64,000 bases of DNA, from contig JBEENS010000003.1 of NCBI GenBank assembly GCA_041192105.1, positions 12,048-76,047 of the forward strand, read 5' to 3'. Below the pieces are notes generated by a model. It was given only the letters and a program-made list of their open reading frames with translations, was not told the origin of the DNA and did not search any database. The stretch comes from Pseudomonadota bacterium. Its GTDB lineage: Bacteria > Pseudomonadota > Alphaproteobacteria > Micropepsales > Micropepsaceae. The position numbers were made by a program, and so were the translations under genes. Shown here one piece after another: positions 20,883-32,660 of the stretch (positions are counted from its first letter, which is position 1; the number at the start of each line of letters is the position of its first letter).

Positions 20883-22604
20883 TTACGCGGCTATCGACTT
20901 CAGCCCCGTCTCGGGAGTAATCCCGGCCTTGCCCAATGTTTCCATCAGTTCGGCCATGACTTTTTTGTTGTCTGGCGCCGTGCCGTCCTTGGCCTGCGAT
21001 GCGATATAGCCGCTGAGGAAACCAGGCTGGGACAGGTAGCCCAGGATAAATTTCCGTGCCTGCGACGAAAGCGTGCCTTCGGTCAGAACCCCGCCGGTCA
21101 TCAGCCGGAGCAATGTCTGCGCTTTTTCCACATGGTTCGGGCGTGCGGCAATAGACTCGAACAGCTTGCCGCGCGCTTCCATTGTCACGGCCAGCGTATC
21201 CATCTTCGCGCAAATCTCTTCGCGCGTCACATCGACAAAGCCGCTGCGCCGCATCCGGGCCTGCAACTGGGTCAGCCGCTGCAGCCGCGACACCAGCGGC
21301 AGCTTGGGGTTCTGGAAATGGCTGTCGAACTGCGCCGAGGTCAGGATCGGCAGAATATAGCTGGCCAGCTGGCGCTTGTTTTCCAGGCCGATGATATTGT
21401 CTTCGACGAACAGGATGCGTTCAATCTTCTCGTCGGGGGCGGCGTCGATGATGTACTGGCCCAGCGATTCCTGGGTGACCAGGCGCTTGGAGCGCAGCGT
21501 AAAGGCCGCCACAAGGTCTTCGTGGCTCAGATATTTTCCCACGCCCATCACGATGCGGTTAGCGATGCTGCGCAGGGCCTTCAGCTCGTCGACGATGGAC
21601 TCGGGGCAGAGCCGCTTGTTGCTTTTGAATTCGGCGACAATGCGGTTGGCGACGGCAGTGCGCGCTTCCGGCAGGCTGTCGGCAGCGAAATTCTCAGTCA
21701 GGGCGGCGAGCCCGTCTTTGGCGTTTTCGGGGGCTTTGCCCAGGAACAGGGCGACAAGCTTGCTCAGTGCACCGGCCAGGTTTTCGCTCTTGCCCATCAG
21801 TTCGTGCAGGGCGGCCGAGCCATTGAGGATTTCCGCTAGGATCGCATCCACCGACGACAGGACCAGCTTGCGCGGGCCTTCTTCCTTCGGGGCGCTGCCC
21901 ATGATGGTAATCAGCATCAGGACTTTTTCGTCCCAGCCTTGCGCCTCTTTCAAGTGCTTCGCCAGCGCGCCATTGAAGATATAGGCGGCGTCGCCCTGCC
22001 CAAAAAGCTTGCCGGCGAGTTCGGCGAACTGGTTCGGCTGGGGATCGGGGAACAGGCCCTTGCGCTGGTCGCGATAAACGCGATTGAAGGCTTGGGTAGT
22101 GAGTTCGTTCAGGCTCTTGACGATCTGCTGCACCGGTGTGGTGGTGGAGGCGGCCTGCGCCACAGCAACCTTCTGGATCAAGTGCTGATAGAGCGTGCCG
22201 GTGGCTTCCAGCTTTTCCAGCATGTCGGCGCGGTGGATCAGTTCGGTAATGGTCACCTTGTTGCGCGCCAGGAAATCGACCAGCAACCGGCTCATGGTGG
22301 CGCGGGCGTGGTAGGAATACAGATCGTCGGGCTTGAAGCAGGGCAGGGCATGGGGCGCGTCTTCCTGCGCCACCTCCACTTTCACCTGATTGTGGCCCTC
22401 CTCAAAAATCTTGAGGGTGAGATAGTCGCCGGTGTCGTCGTTGTAGGTTTCCTTGATCACCTTCACGCCGGTGGCCTTTTCGGCGGCCATCAGCTCCAGC
22501 GCCATGGTGATGGCCAGTTCGCGCGTCGAGGTCACTTCATGCATGGTCCAGCCGCCTTTGGCGCCGACCCCGCGGAAAACCTCGTAATGAATTTCTCGTC
22601 CCAT
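20883..22604 (-). CDS. Uncharacterised 573-aa soluble protein
   Basis: Long ORF with coding-like composition and largely helical, low-hydrophobicity sequence. I recognise no motif. It starts 34 nt downstream of the moeB stop on the same strand. Confidence 0.6.
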   Translation of the reverse strand: MGREIHYEVFRGVGAKGGWTMHEVTSTRELAITMALELMAAEKATGVKVIKETYNDDTGDYLTLKIFEEGHNQVKVEVAQEDAPHALPCFKPDDLYSYHARATMSRLLVDFLARNKVTITELIHRADMLEKLEATGTLYQHLIQKVAVAQAASTTTPVQQIVKSLNELTTQAFNRVYRDQRKGLFPDPQPNQFAELAGKLFGQGDAAYIFNGALAKHLKEAQGWDEKVLMLITIMGSAPKEEGPRKLVLSSVDAILAEILNGSAALHELMGKSENLAGALSKLVALFLGKAPENAKDGLAALTENFAADSLPEARTAVANRIVAEFKSNKRLCPESIVDELKALRSIANRIVMGVGKYLSHEDLVAAFTLRSKRLVTQESLGQYIIDAAPDEKIERILFVEDNIIGLENKRQLASYILPILTSAQFDSHFQNPKLPLVSRLQRLTQLQARMRRSGFVDVTREEICAKMDTLAVTMEARGKLFESIAARPNHVEKAQTLLRLMTGGVLTEGTLSSQARKFILGYLSQPGFLSGYIASQAKDGTAPDNKKVMAELMETLGKAGITPETGLKSIAA

Positions 22605-22638
22605 GCAGGGATGGTGGCGCAAACGGCCTAAACGGCGG

Positions 22639-23448
22639 TTAACCGTGACCGTTCAGGGCGTGAATTGTCGGCGCCGGGCCGCACAAGGCGCAGGCGGGGT
22701 CCGGCGGCAGGCTGGCGGTGCGAAACTCCGCGCTAAGTGCCTTATAGGTCAGGATTTTTCCAGCCAAACTCGTCCCCAAACCGGCCACTTCCTTCAAAAC
22801 CTCCAGTGCCTGCAGCGACCCCATGACGCCGGCGGCGGCCCCCAGCACGCCGGTTTCCGAGCAGGACGGCACGGTGCCGGGCGGCGGCGGGGCGGCAAAC
22901 AGGCAGCGGTAGCAGGGATAGGCGTGGCTGCGATCGAACGCCTTGTAGGTTGCCAGCTGGCCCTCGAACTCGGTCACCGCCGCTGATACCAGCGTTTTCT
23001 TCGCGAAAAAGCAGGCGTCATTGAGCAGGAAGCGGGTGACGAAATTGTCCGACCCGTCGGCGACAATGTCATAGCGCGCAATCAGGGCCATCGCATTTTC
23101 GGCGGTGAGGCGCCGCGCGTGGGATTCAATCTGAACCCCGGGATTCATGGATTTTATGGCCGCCGCGCCCGCTTCGACCTTGCCGCGCCCGACATCTTCG
23201 GTGCGAAACAGGATCTGCCGCTGCAGGTTAGACAGGCTGACGATATCGTCATCCACCAGACCTATTGTCCCTATCCCCGCAGCAGCCAGGTAGAGCGCCG
23301 CCGGGCTTCCCAGCCCGCCCGCGCCCACGATCAGCACGCGGGCCGCGCGAATCTTCGTCTGGCCGATGCCGCCGACTTCCCGCAGCACCAGGTGGCGGGC
23401 ATAGCGATCCAACTCGTCATCCGAGAACATCAGTTTCCTTACGGCCAA
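22639..23448 (-). CDS. moeB: HesA/MoeB/ThiF-family adenylyltransferase (molybdopterin synthase adenylyltransferase-like)
   Basis: RYARHLVL...IVGAGGLGSPAALYLAAAGIG Rossmann motif and two CxxC pairs (CYRC, CALC). Confidence 0.85.
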   Translation of the reverse strand: MAVRKLMFSDDELDRYARHLVLREVGGIGQTKIRAARVLIVGAGGLGSPAALYLAAAGIGTIGLVDDDIVSLSNLQRQILFRTEDVGRGKVEAGAAAIKSMNPGVQIESHARRLTAENAMALIARYDIVADGSDNFVTRFLLNDACFFAKKTLVSAAVTEFEGQLATYKAFDRSHAYPCYRCLFAAPPPPGTVPSCSETGVLGAAAGVMGSLQALEVLKEVAGLGTSLAGKILTYKALSAEFRTASLPPDPACALCGPAPTIHALNGHG

Positions 23449-23612
23449 GTGGCGGGCGTGACAACGCGCCGCCCATGTATACGGAGATGGCTCTATTAAC
23501 CAGTTGAAAATAATGTAAATTCTACAAAATGTTCCATGCTGTATACATTTGAGGCTGCCTTCATGGGCCGCTATGACTGACGGAAATTTCCGCCGTCTCG
23601 CAGGAGCCCTCC

Positions 23613-25226
23613 ATGTCCGCCATCGTAACCAATTCTGCCCATGGCCTCGGCCGTCACGGCTTTCGCAATCTTCCCTGCGTGAACTGGAATCTCGGCGCCG
23701 CCGCGCTGTACGAAGAAGCGGTGCGCCGCGGCGAAGGCCATGTTGCCAAAAATGGCCCGCTAGTGGTGCGGACCGGCGTGCATACCGGCCGCTCGGCGTC
23801 CGACAAGTTCGTGGTGCGCGATGCCAGCACGGAAGCCCAAGTGTGGTGGGACAATAACAAGCCGATGAGCCTGGCCCATTTCGACGCCCTGCATGCCGAC
23901 ATGATGTCCCATGCGGAAGGGCGCGAACTTTTCGCCAAGGACCTGTTCGGTGGCGCCGACCTGACGCATCGCATCAGCGTGCGCGTGGTCACCGAGTATG
24001 CCTGGCATTCGCTGTTCGTGCATCAGCTCCTGATCCGCCCCACCGCGGACGACCTCAAGAGGTTCGATCCGGAATTCACCATCATCGACCTGCCCAGCTT
24101 CAATGCCGACCCGGCAAGGCACGGCTGCGCATCGCAGACCGTGATCGCGGTCAATTTCAGCAAGAAGGTAATCCTGATCGGCGGCACTTCCTATGCCGGC
24201 GAGATGAAGAAGTCGGTCTTCACCATCATGAATTACCTGCTGCCGGCCAAGCGGGTGATGAGCATGCATTGCTCGGCCAATGTCGGCGCGAACGGCGAAT
24301 CAGCCATATTTTTCGGGCTTTCCGGCACGGGCAAGACCACGCTTTCCGCCGACGCGTCGCGCACGCTGATCGGCGATGACGAGCATGGCTGGAGCAAGAA
24401 CGGCATCTTCAACATCGAAGGCGGCTGCTACGCCAAGGTGATCAAGCTCAGCCGCGAAGCCGAGCCGGAAATCTTCTCCACCACCCAGCGTTTCGGCACC
24501 GTGCTGGAAAATGTGGTGATGGACGCGGCTACGCGTGAGCTGAATCTCAACGACGCGACTTATGCCGAGAATACCCGCGCCGCCTATCCGATCGACTATA
24601 TCCCCAATGCCAGCGCCACCGGCCGTGCCGGGCATCCCAGGAATGTCATCATGCTGACGGCCGACGCCTTTGGCGTGCTGCCGCCCATCGCCAGGCTGAC
24701 CCCGTCCCAGGCCATGTATCACTTCCTGTCGGGCTTCACCGCCAAGGTGGCCGGCACCGAAAAGGGCCTGGGAAAAGAGCCGCAGCCCACATTCTCCACC
24801 TGCTTCGGCGCACCCTTCATGCCGCGCCACCCCAGCGAATATGGCAACCTGCTGCGCGCCCTGATCGCCGAGCACCAGGCCGATTGCTGGCTGGTCAATA
24901 CCGGCTGGACCGGCGGCGCCTTCGGCACCGGTAACCGCATGCCGATCAAAGGCACCCGCGCCCTGCTGAACGCGGCGCTGGACGGCAGCCTGGGCGGTGC
25001 CGAGATGCGGATCGACCCGCACTTCAAGTTCCGGGTGCCGGTGGCGGTACCGGGGGTGGATTCGGCCATTCTCAATCCGCGCGATACCTGGGCCGACAAG
25101 GCCGCCTACGACCTCCAGGCCCGCAAGCTGGTTGGCATGTTCCGGGAGAATTTCAAGAAGTTCGAAGCCCATGTCGGGCCCGATGTGCTGCAGGCCGCAC
25201 CGGAACTGGCGGAAGCGGCGGAATAG
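23613..25226 (+). CDS. pckA: Phosphoenolpyruvate carboxykinase (ATP)
   Basis: [11 protein letters not shown] kinase-1a motif, IGDDEHGW, and the overall PckA length. Confidence 0.95.
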   Translation: MSAIVTNSAHGLGRHGFRNLPCVNWNLGAAALYEEAVRRGEGHVAKNGPLVVRTGVHTGRSASDKFVVRDASTEAQVWWDNNKPMSLAHFDALHADMMSHAEGRELFAKDLFGGADLTHRISVRVVTEYAWHSLFVHQLLIRPTADDLKRFDPEFTIIDLPSFNADPARHGCASQTVIAVNFSKKVILIGGTSYAGEMKKSVFTIMNYLLPAKRVMSMHCSANVGANGESAIFFGLSGTGKTTLSADASRTLIGDDEHGWSKNGIFNIEGGCYAKVIKLSREAEPEIFSTTQRFGTVLENVVMDAATRELNLNDATYAENTRAAYPIDYIPNASATGRAGHPRNVIMLTADAFGVLPPIARLTPSQAMYHFLSGFTAKVAGTEKGLGKEPQPTFSTCFGAPFMPRHPSEYGNLLRALIAEHQADCWLVNTGWTGGAFGTGNRMPIKGTRALLNAALDGSLGGAEMRIDPHFKFRVPVAVPGVDSAILNPRDTWADKAAYDLQARKLVGMFRENFKKFEAHVGPDVLQAAPELAEAAE

Positions 25227-25301
25227 TACAATACCATATACTTACCGCGCAGCATAAGGTGCAGCATAAGCCTGCGCCGCTGCCCGGCTACGGCGTTCGG
25301 G

Positions 25302-25330
25302 CAGCAAAAGCCCCACCGGGGCTTTTGCTG
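25302..25330 (+). terminator. Stem-loop after pckA (probable terminator)
   Basis: 13-bp perfect stem CAGCAAAAGCCCC / GGGGCTTTTGCTG with an ACC loop. There is no clean U tract after it. Confidence 0.5.
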
Positions 25331-25413
25331 GATCGCCCTCACTATTCTGCACTTTTTTGCTGCAGCATAACCGCCCCTTTTTGCTTTTCCGGACCGTCCT
25401 TTAGGCTGCCGCC

Positions 25414-27306
25414 ATGACCCATCCCTTGCTCAGTCAGGCGATATCGCTGCATCAGCAGGGGCGGCTGGCCGAAGCCGAGCTGCTGTACCAGCAGGTGCTG
25501 GCGGGCGCCCCCAACTACCAGGCCCAGTATTTGTTCGCGGTCCTGCTCTACCAGCAGCAGCGCGCCGATGCGGCGCTGGGGGCGGTGGATGCCGCCCTCG
25601 CGCTCAATCGCGAAGGCGTGGAGTCGCTGCTGCTGCGGGCGGCCATCCTGCAGGCGGCGGGTCGGGGCACAGAAGCCTTGGAGAATTTTGCTTCGGTCAC
25701 GGCGCGCCAGCCCGGTCATGCCGAAGCCTGGTACAATCAAGGCGTGGTTCTGTCGGGCCTCGCCCGGCAGGAAGAAGCGGTGGCGGCCTTCGACCGCGCG
25801 CTGGCGATCCAGCCCGCGGCGCTGGCCTGGACCAATCGCGGCGCGGCGCTCACCGCGCTGGGGCGCGCGGCGGAAGCGCCGGACAGTTTTGATTCTGCGC
25901 TGGCGCTGGACATGACGTTTCCCGCCGCTCTGTACAATCGCGGTATCGCCCTTTTGGAGCTGCGGCGCTTCGCTGATGCGTTGGCGACGTTCGACCAGCT
26001 GCTGACAAAGCTGCTGGACGACCCCCTTGCCTGGAACAATCGCGGGGTGGCGCTGCAGGGGCTGGAACGTTTCGCGCCTGCGCTGGAAAGCTATGACCGG
26101 AGCGTGGCCCTCCGCGCCGACTATGCCCCCGCCTGGAAGAATCGCGGCATGGTGCTGACCAGCCTGAAACGGTTCGACGAGGCCATCGCCAGTTTCGACT
26201 GCGCCGTGGCGCATGACCCGGACCAGGCGGATGCCTGGAGCGGGCGCGGCGATGTGCTGCGCCATCGCGAAAGGTTCGACGACGCCATCGTCAGTTACGA
26301 CCGGACGCTGGCGCTGGCGCCGGAAAATCCCGATGCCTGGTCTCACCGGGCCGCCTGCCTGCAGATGCTGCGCCGGTTCGACGAGGCGCAGGTGTCGTTG
26401 GACAAGGCGCTGTCGCTTGCGCCGGATCATCTCCATGCCCTGTCCGTGCGGGGTTCACTGCTGAGCGAAACGGGCCGTGTGACGGAAGGCATGGAAAGCT
26501 ATCGCCGGCGCGCCGAACTGGCGTTCGGACGTCAGCCGCATGTCGCGGCCGATGACGATCCCGATCACCGCAAACGCCACGACGCCGAGCAGCGCGATTA
26601 TCTGGCCGCGCAGGGCGTGGCGCCGGATCGCTTCCATATTGCCGGCGGCGAAAGGCTTGCGACACCGGCGGTCAATCCCGGCAATGCGCAAACGATCGCG
26701 GCGCAATGGGCAGGCAGCAATCCCAGGCTTGTGGTGATCGACAATCTTCTGATGCCGGAGGCGCTGGACGGATTGCGGCGCTTCTGCCGGGGCTCGACCA
26801 TCTGGAAGAAAGCCTATCGCGACGGTTATCTGGGTGCGATGCCGGACCATGGCTTTGCCTGTCCGCTGCTGGGCCAGATCGCCGACGAGTTGCGCGAGAT
26901 TTTTCCTGCGATTTTTGCCAGGCATGGATTGGGCCAGTGGTGGGGCTTCAAATACGATTCCAGCCTGTCAGGCATCCGCATCCATGCCGACCAGGCGGCG
27001 GTGAATGTGAATTTCTGGATCACGCCCGATGACGCCAATTTGAATCCGGCCAATGGCGGGCTGGTGGTCTGGGACAGGAAACCGCCGTTGGACTGGGACT
27101 TCGCGCGTTCCAACGGCGATGAAAAGGCGGCGCGGGATTTTCTGGGGCAGACAGGCGCGAAGCCGATCACCGTGCCCTATCGCGCCAACCGGGCGGTGAT
27201 TTTCGACTCTGATCTCTTTCACGAGACCGACAGGATCGAATTCTCTGATGGCTATCTGAACCGGCGCATCAACATCACCATGCTGTATGGACGGCGCGGC
27301 GGCTGA
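25414..27306 (+). CDS. TPR-repeat protein with a C-terminal 2OG-Fe(II)-oxygenase-like domain
   Basis: About 10 tandem 34-aa TPR units (AWxNRGxAL, AxxxYDRAL). The C-terminal third has IRIHAD (HxD) and a distal DLFHET His. Confidence 0.7.
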   Translation: MTHPLLSQAISLHQQGRLAEAELLYQQVLAGAPNYQAQYLFAVLLYQQQRADAALGAVDAALALNREGVESLLLRAAILQAAGRGTEALENFASVTARQPGHAEAWYNQGVVLSGLARQEEAVAAFDRALAIQPAALAWTNRGAALTALGRAAEAPDSFDSALALDMTFPAALYNRGIALLELRRFADALATFDQLLTKLLDDPLAWNNRGVALQGLERFAPALESYDRSVALRADYAPAWKNRGMVLTSLKRFDEAIASFDCAVAHDPDQADAWSGRGDVLRHRERFDDAIVSYDRTLALAPENPDAWSHRAACLQMLRRFDEAQVSLDKALSLAPDHLHALSVRGSLLSETGRVTEGMESYRRRAELAFGRQPHVAADDDPDHRKRHDAEQRDYLAAQGVAPDRFHIAGGERLATPAVNPGNAQTIAAQWAGSNPRLVVIDNLLMPEALDGLRRFCRGSTIWKKAYRDGYLGAMPDHGFACPLLGQIADELREIFPAIFARHGLGQWWGFKYDSSLSGIRIHADQAAVNVNFWITPDDANLNPANGGLVVWDRKPPLDWDFARSNGDEKAARDFLGQTGAKPITVPYRANRAVIFDSDLFHETDRIEFSDGYLNRRINITMLYGRRGG

Positions 27307-27882
27307 TCAATTCTTGCGGTAGATCCACACCCGCGCGGGCGGGATGTTGGCCCAGACCAGGGCGGCGCGGCTGACGGTGCAGCCGGGCGGCGCTTCCACC
27401 GGCGCCTGTGTGCCGTAGGAAAACTGGATCACCGGCGCGCCATGCTCCAGCCGGGAGATCAGGCCTTCCATGTAACTTTTGCGCAGGGCCAGCGGGAAAT
27501 TGAGCAGCGGCAGGCCGGACACAACGGCGCCGAACAGCTCGCCATGGCGGTTGCCCAAGGTGCGTTCCAGATCGAAGGCATCGCCCTGCAGGACATGGAC
27601 GCGCGGGAAGCGATGCGCCAGATGCGCCGCCATCTCCGCGTCATACTCCACCAGGGTCAGACGCTCCGGCGCGATGCCGCGCTCCAGGATTGCCTGGGTA
27701 ATGACGCCAGTGCCGGGGCCGAGCTCCAGCACGGGACCGGCGCGGTTGATGTCGATGCCTTGCGCGATGGCGCGGGCCAGCGCCGGGCTGGACGGAACGA
27801 TGGCGCCGACATTCTTGGGACGGGTGATCAGCGCCTTGAGAAAGCGGAGGTTGTCGGCAAGGGCGAAGGTCTGGTCGGTCAA
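27307..27882 (-). CDS. Class I SAM-dependent methyltransferase, phospholipid N-methyltransferase-like (COG3963 type)
   Basis: VGAIVPSSPALA and VLELGPGTGVIT motifs. The track ORF runs into dnaJ, so I chose a shorter start (TTG at 27882). The start is uncertain. Confidence 0.7.
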   Translation of the reverse strand: MTDQTFALADNLRFLKALITRPKNVGAIVPSSPALARAIAQGIDINRAGPVLELGPGTGVITQAILERGIAPERLTLVEYDAEMAAHLAHRFPRVHVLQGDAFDLERTLGNRHGELFGAVVSGLPLLNFPLALRKSYMEGLISRLEHGAPVIQFSYGTQAPVEAPPGCTVSRAALVWANIPPARVWIYRKN

Positions 27883-27977
27883 GGAGGGCCACCCATGTAA
27901 GCGAGCGAACTGTAAGCCGAAAAGGCAATCGGGTGACACACTTGACTTCGTAAAACCCGCCGCAATCTTATGAAGTT

Positions 27978-29114
27978 TCAGGCCCCATCGCCGCCGCTCC
28001 AGAACTCCTTCAGCCGGGCCAGGAAGCCTTCGGCTTCGGGATGGGTTCCCGCCTGGCTTTCGGCGTCGAACTGGCGCAGCAATTCCTTCTGCCGCTTGGT
28101 CAGCTTGACCGGGGTTTCCACCGCCAGTTCGACATACAGATCGCCGCGCTGGGGGCTGCGCAGCACCGGCATGCCCTTGCCCTTGAGGCGGAACTGCCGG
28201 CCCGGCTGGGTGCCTTCGGGGATCGCCACCTTGGCGCGGCCACCATCCAGGGTTGGCACTTCGATGCTGCCGCCCAGCGAAGCGGTGACGAAGGACACCG
28301 GCGCGCGGCAATGCAGGTCATGGCCATCGCGCTGGAAGATAGGATGTTCGGCGACCGAAAGGAAAATATAGAGATCGCCAGACGGGCCGCCATTGACCCC
28401 GGCGGCGCCTTCGCCTGACAGGCGGATGCGCGTGCCTTCCTCGACCCCGGGCGGCACGTCCACATTCAGGGTGCGTTCCTTCTGCGTCAGGCCAGCGCCG
28501 CGGCAAGTCTTGCAGGGATGGCGAATGATCTTGCCGCTGCCACGGCACGAGGCGCAGGAGCGTTCGATGGTGAAGAAGCCCTGGGTTGCCCGCACTTTGC
28601 CGTGGCCGGCGCAGGTGGGACAGGTTTCGGGGCTGTGGCCGGCTTCCGCGCCGCTGCCCGAACAGGCCTCGCAGGCGACCTGGGTGGGCACACGGATTTC
28701 GGCGGCACGGCCGCTGAAGGATTCTTCCAGGCTGATGTCCAGATTGTAGCGCAGGTCCTGGCCGCGATTTTGCCGCTTGCCGCGGTCGCCCATCATCTGG
28801 CCGAAGAAATCCTCGAACACATCGCCGAAGCCGCCGGCGAAATCACCGAAGGGATTGCCACCGCGCGCGCCCGCAGCCGCCCCCATGCCGCCCAAGAAGG
28901 CGGCGTGGCCGAACCGGTCATAGGCGGCGCGCTTCTGATCGTCCTTCAGGACGTCATAGGCTTCGCTGATTTCCTTGAATTTCACTTCGGCGGTGTGGTC
29001 GCCGGGATTCTTGTCGGGATGAAACCGCATCGCCAGCTTGCGATAGGCGGTCTTCAGGACATCCCCGGTTGCGCCCTTCTGGACTTCCAGACACTCGTAA
29101 TAACAGCGCTTCAT
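27978..29114 (-). CDS. dnaJ: Molecular chaperone DnaJ
   Basis: J domain with HPDKNPGD, a G/F-rich linker, and four CxxCxGxG zinc repeats. Confidence 0.96.
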   Translation of the reverse strand: MKRCYYECLEVQKGATGDVLKTAYRKLAMRFHPDKNPGDHTAEVKFKEISEAYDVLKDDQKRAAYDRFGHAAFLGGMGAAAGARGGNPFGDFAGGFGDVFEDFFGQMMGDRGKRQNRGQDLRYNLDISLEESFSGRAAEIRVPTQVACEACSGSGAEAGHSPETCPTCAGHGKVRATQGFFTIERSCASCRGSGKIIRHPCKTCRGAGLTQKERTLNVDVPPGVEEGTRIRLSGEGAAGVNGGPSGDLYIFLSVAEHPIFQRDGHDLHCRAPVSFVTASLGGSIEVPTLDGGRAKVAIPEGTQPGRQFRLKGKGMPVLRSPQRGDLYVELAVETPVKLTKRQKELLRQFDAESQAGTHPEAEGFLARLKEFWSGGDGA

Positions 29115-29183
29115 CGACACAATCCGCCCCCGGATACAAAACAAAAGGCCCTCCGCGCCTGGGGCGCGAAGGGCCGGTACTGG

Positions 29184-31112
<1,929 letters not shown>

Positions 31113-31230
31113 GTGCTGTTCCTCTCATTGGGCATGGCGTCTTGAGACCCCTAAGGCATCCTCCAGACCATCCCATTGAATTCTTTGACAAAATCAGCGG
31201 AGTTTGAAAGCCCATGCTGATCTATGGGGG

Positions 31231-31260
31231 TATATAGGGACCAGCCCCGGACTTGCCAAG
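31231..31260 (-). promoter_or_regulatory. Candidate RpoH (sigma-32) heat-shock promoter for dnaK
   Basis: The minus strand reads CTTG-N18-CCTATATACCCCCAT about 120 nt upstream of the dnaK ATG. This resembles the CTTG ... CCTATnT / CCCCAT heat-shock consensus. Confidence 0.45.
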
Positions 31261-31273
31261 CCTTTGGCCAGAT

Positions 31274-31759
31274 TCAGGGATTCAGTTGCCAGAATCGGTA
31301 TGTCAGCAGGGTGGCGAAACTGGTCCAGGCCAAATAGGGCAGCAGCAGCATTCCGGCGATGCGGTCGCGCCGCCAGAACAGCAGCGCGGTGACAATGATC
31401 GCCAGGTCCAGCACTAGGATTTCACCCAGCGCCAGGTCGATCCGGCGCAGGGAAAAGAAGATAGCGCTCCAGGCGAAATTCAGCGCCAGCTGGACGCCCC
31501 AGGCGCCCAACTCGCGGGATGCCAGGCCGGTGATCCGCCAGACCCGCCAGGCCGCCACCGCCATCATGATGTAGAGCGCGGTCCATACCGGTCCGAAAAC
31601 CCAGTTGGGCGGCGTGATGGAAGGCTGGTTCAGCTGGGTATACCAGGTGGGGATGTTGGGCTGGGTGAAAATGCTGCCCAGGGCGCCGATTGCCACCGTC
31701 ATCAGCACGAAGATCAGCAGGGGACGGCGGTTATTTCCTTCGTTCCGGTCAAAGATCAT
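31274..31759 (-). CDS. tspO: TspO/MBR tryptophan-rich sensory protein
   Basis: Five TM helices and the W-rich motif PNWVFGPVWTALYIMMAVAAWRVW. Confidence 0.88.
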   Translation of the reverse strand: MIFDRNEGNNRRPLLIFVLMTVAIGALGSIFTQPNIPTWYTQLNQPSITPPNWVFGPVWTALYIMMAVAAWRVWRITGLASRELGAWGVQLALNFAWSAIFFSLRRIDLALGEILVLDLAIIVTALLFWRRDRIAGMLLLPYLAWTSFATLLTYRFWQLNP

Positions 31760-31847
31760 GGGGGCTCCACAGAATTGCCTAATACGGAAGCCAGCTTAGG
31801 GCGGGCGGTGATTTGCCGCCACATAACAAGAACGGGTGGGGCGCAGG

Positions 31848-32450
31848 ATGGAACGCATCAAGGAGCTGGCGCGGGCCATTGTTTTTGGCGTCACTGGCTA
31901 TCGCCCGCAACAGGTCTCGGCCGAAACCTGGGACCGGGAGTATCAGGGCGGACAGTGGGAATATCTGCGCAAGATCGACAGCCTGGCCGGGCTGGTCTCC
32001 ATCCTGGGCTATTGCCAATTCCTGAACCCCGCGAGCATCCTGGATGCGGGATGCGGCGAAGGCCTGCTGGCGGAAAAGCTCAAGATCCTGCCCTACAAAT
32101 CCTATCTCGGCATGGATGTCTCCAAGGAGGCCATTGCGCTTGCCACCGGGCGGCTGGGCGATGAGCGCAGCCGCTTCACCGTCGCCGATGCCTGGGCCTT
32201 CGACACCGACGAACGTTTTGATGTCATCGTCTTCAACCAGAGTCTCTATTACCTGTCCGAGCCCGCCGCGTTGCTGGTCAAGTATCAAAAGCTGCTGACG
32301 CCGAACGGACGCATCATCGTCTCGATGGTGGACAATGCCCGCACCCGCGCCGTCTGGCGGCTGATCGATCCGGCCATGCGGATAGAGGACGCCATGACCA
32401 CGATTCAGGGCAAGGGCACTGTCGTCACCAAGGTGATGCTGCCGAATTAA
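31848..32450 (+). CDS. Class I SAM-dependent methyltransferase
   Basis: ILDAGCGEGLL motif I and DVIVFNQSLYY. I prefer the ATG at 31848 over the GTG at 31836. Confidence 0.7.
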   Translation: MERIKELARAIVFGVTGYRPQQVSAETWDREYQGGQWEYLRKIDSLAGLVSILGYCQFLNPASILDAGCGEGLLAEKLKILPYKSYLGMDVSKEAIALATGRLGDERSRFTVADAWAFDTDERFDVIVFNQSLYYLSEPAALLVKYQKLLTPNGRIIVSMVDNARTRAVWRLIDPAMRIEDAMTTIQGKGTVVTKVMLPN

Positions 32451-32482
32451 CGCTTAAATTCAGATGCCTCACGCGCGCCATG

Positions 32483-32546
32483 CTTCGACAAGCTCAGCAT
32501 GAGGAGCTTAGAAGATTCCTCACCCTGAGCTTGTCGAAGGGTGAGG
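32483..32546. repeat. REP-like palindromic element (CTTCGACAAGCTCAG family)
   Basis: Inverted repeat CTTCGACAAGCTCAG (32484-32498) / CTGAGCTTGTCGAAG (32525-32539), flanked by TGAGG and CCTCA blocks. Confidence 0.7.
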
Positions 32547-32660
32547 AACGACCGGCTTGCCGGTCAAATAGGTCCGGCGGATCGATTTGAGTGACGAACG
32601 CCGCGAGCTTGGACGAGCGGCCGGCTGATGAAAAACGATCCGTTTTGAACGCGCTTTGCT

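Noticed and set aside
27883-28311. Upstream extension of the methyltransferase ORF (track 27307-28311), which would overlap the 3' end of dnaJ.
   Set aside because: The extension is Arg/Pro/Gly-rich with no homology signal and overlaps a bona fide dnaJ coding region. The methyltransferase family is about 190-200 aa, which matches a start near 27882.
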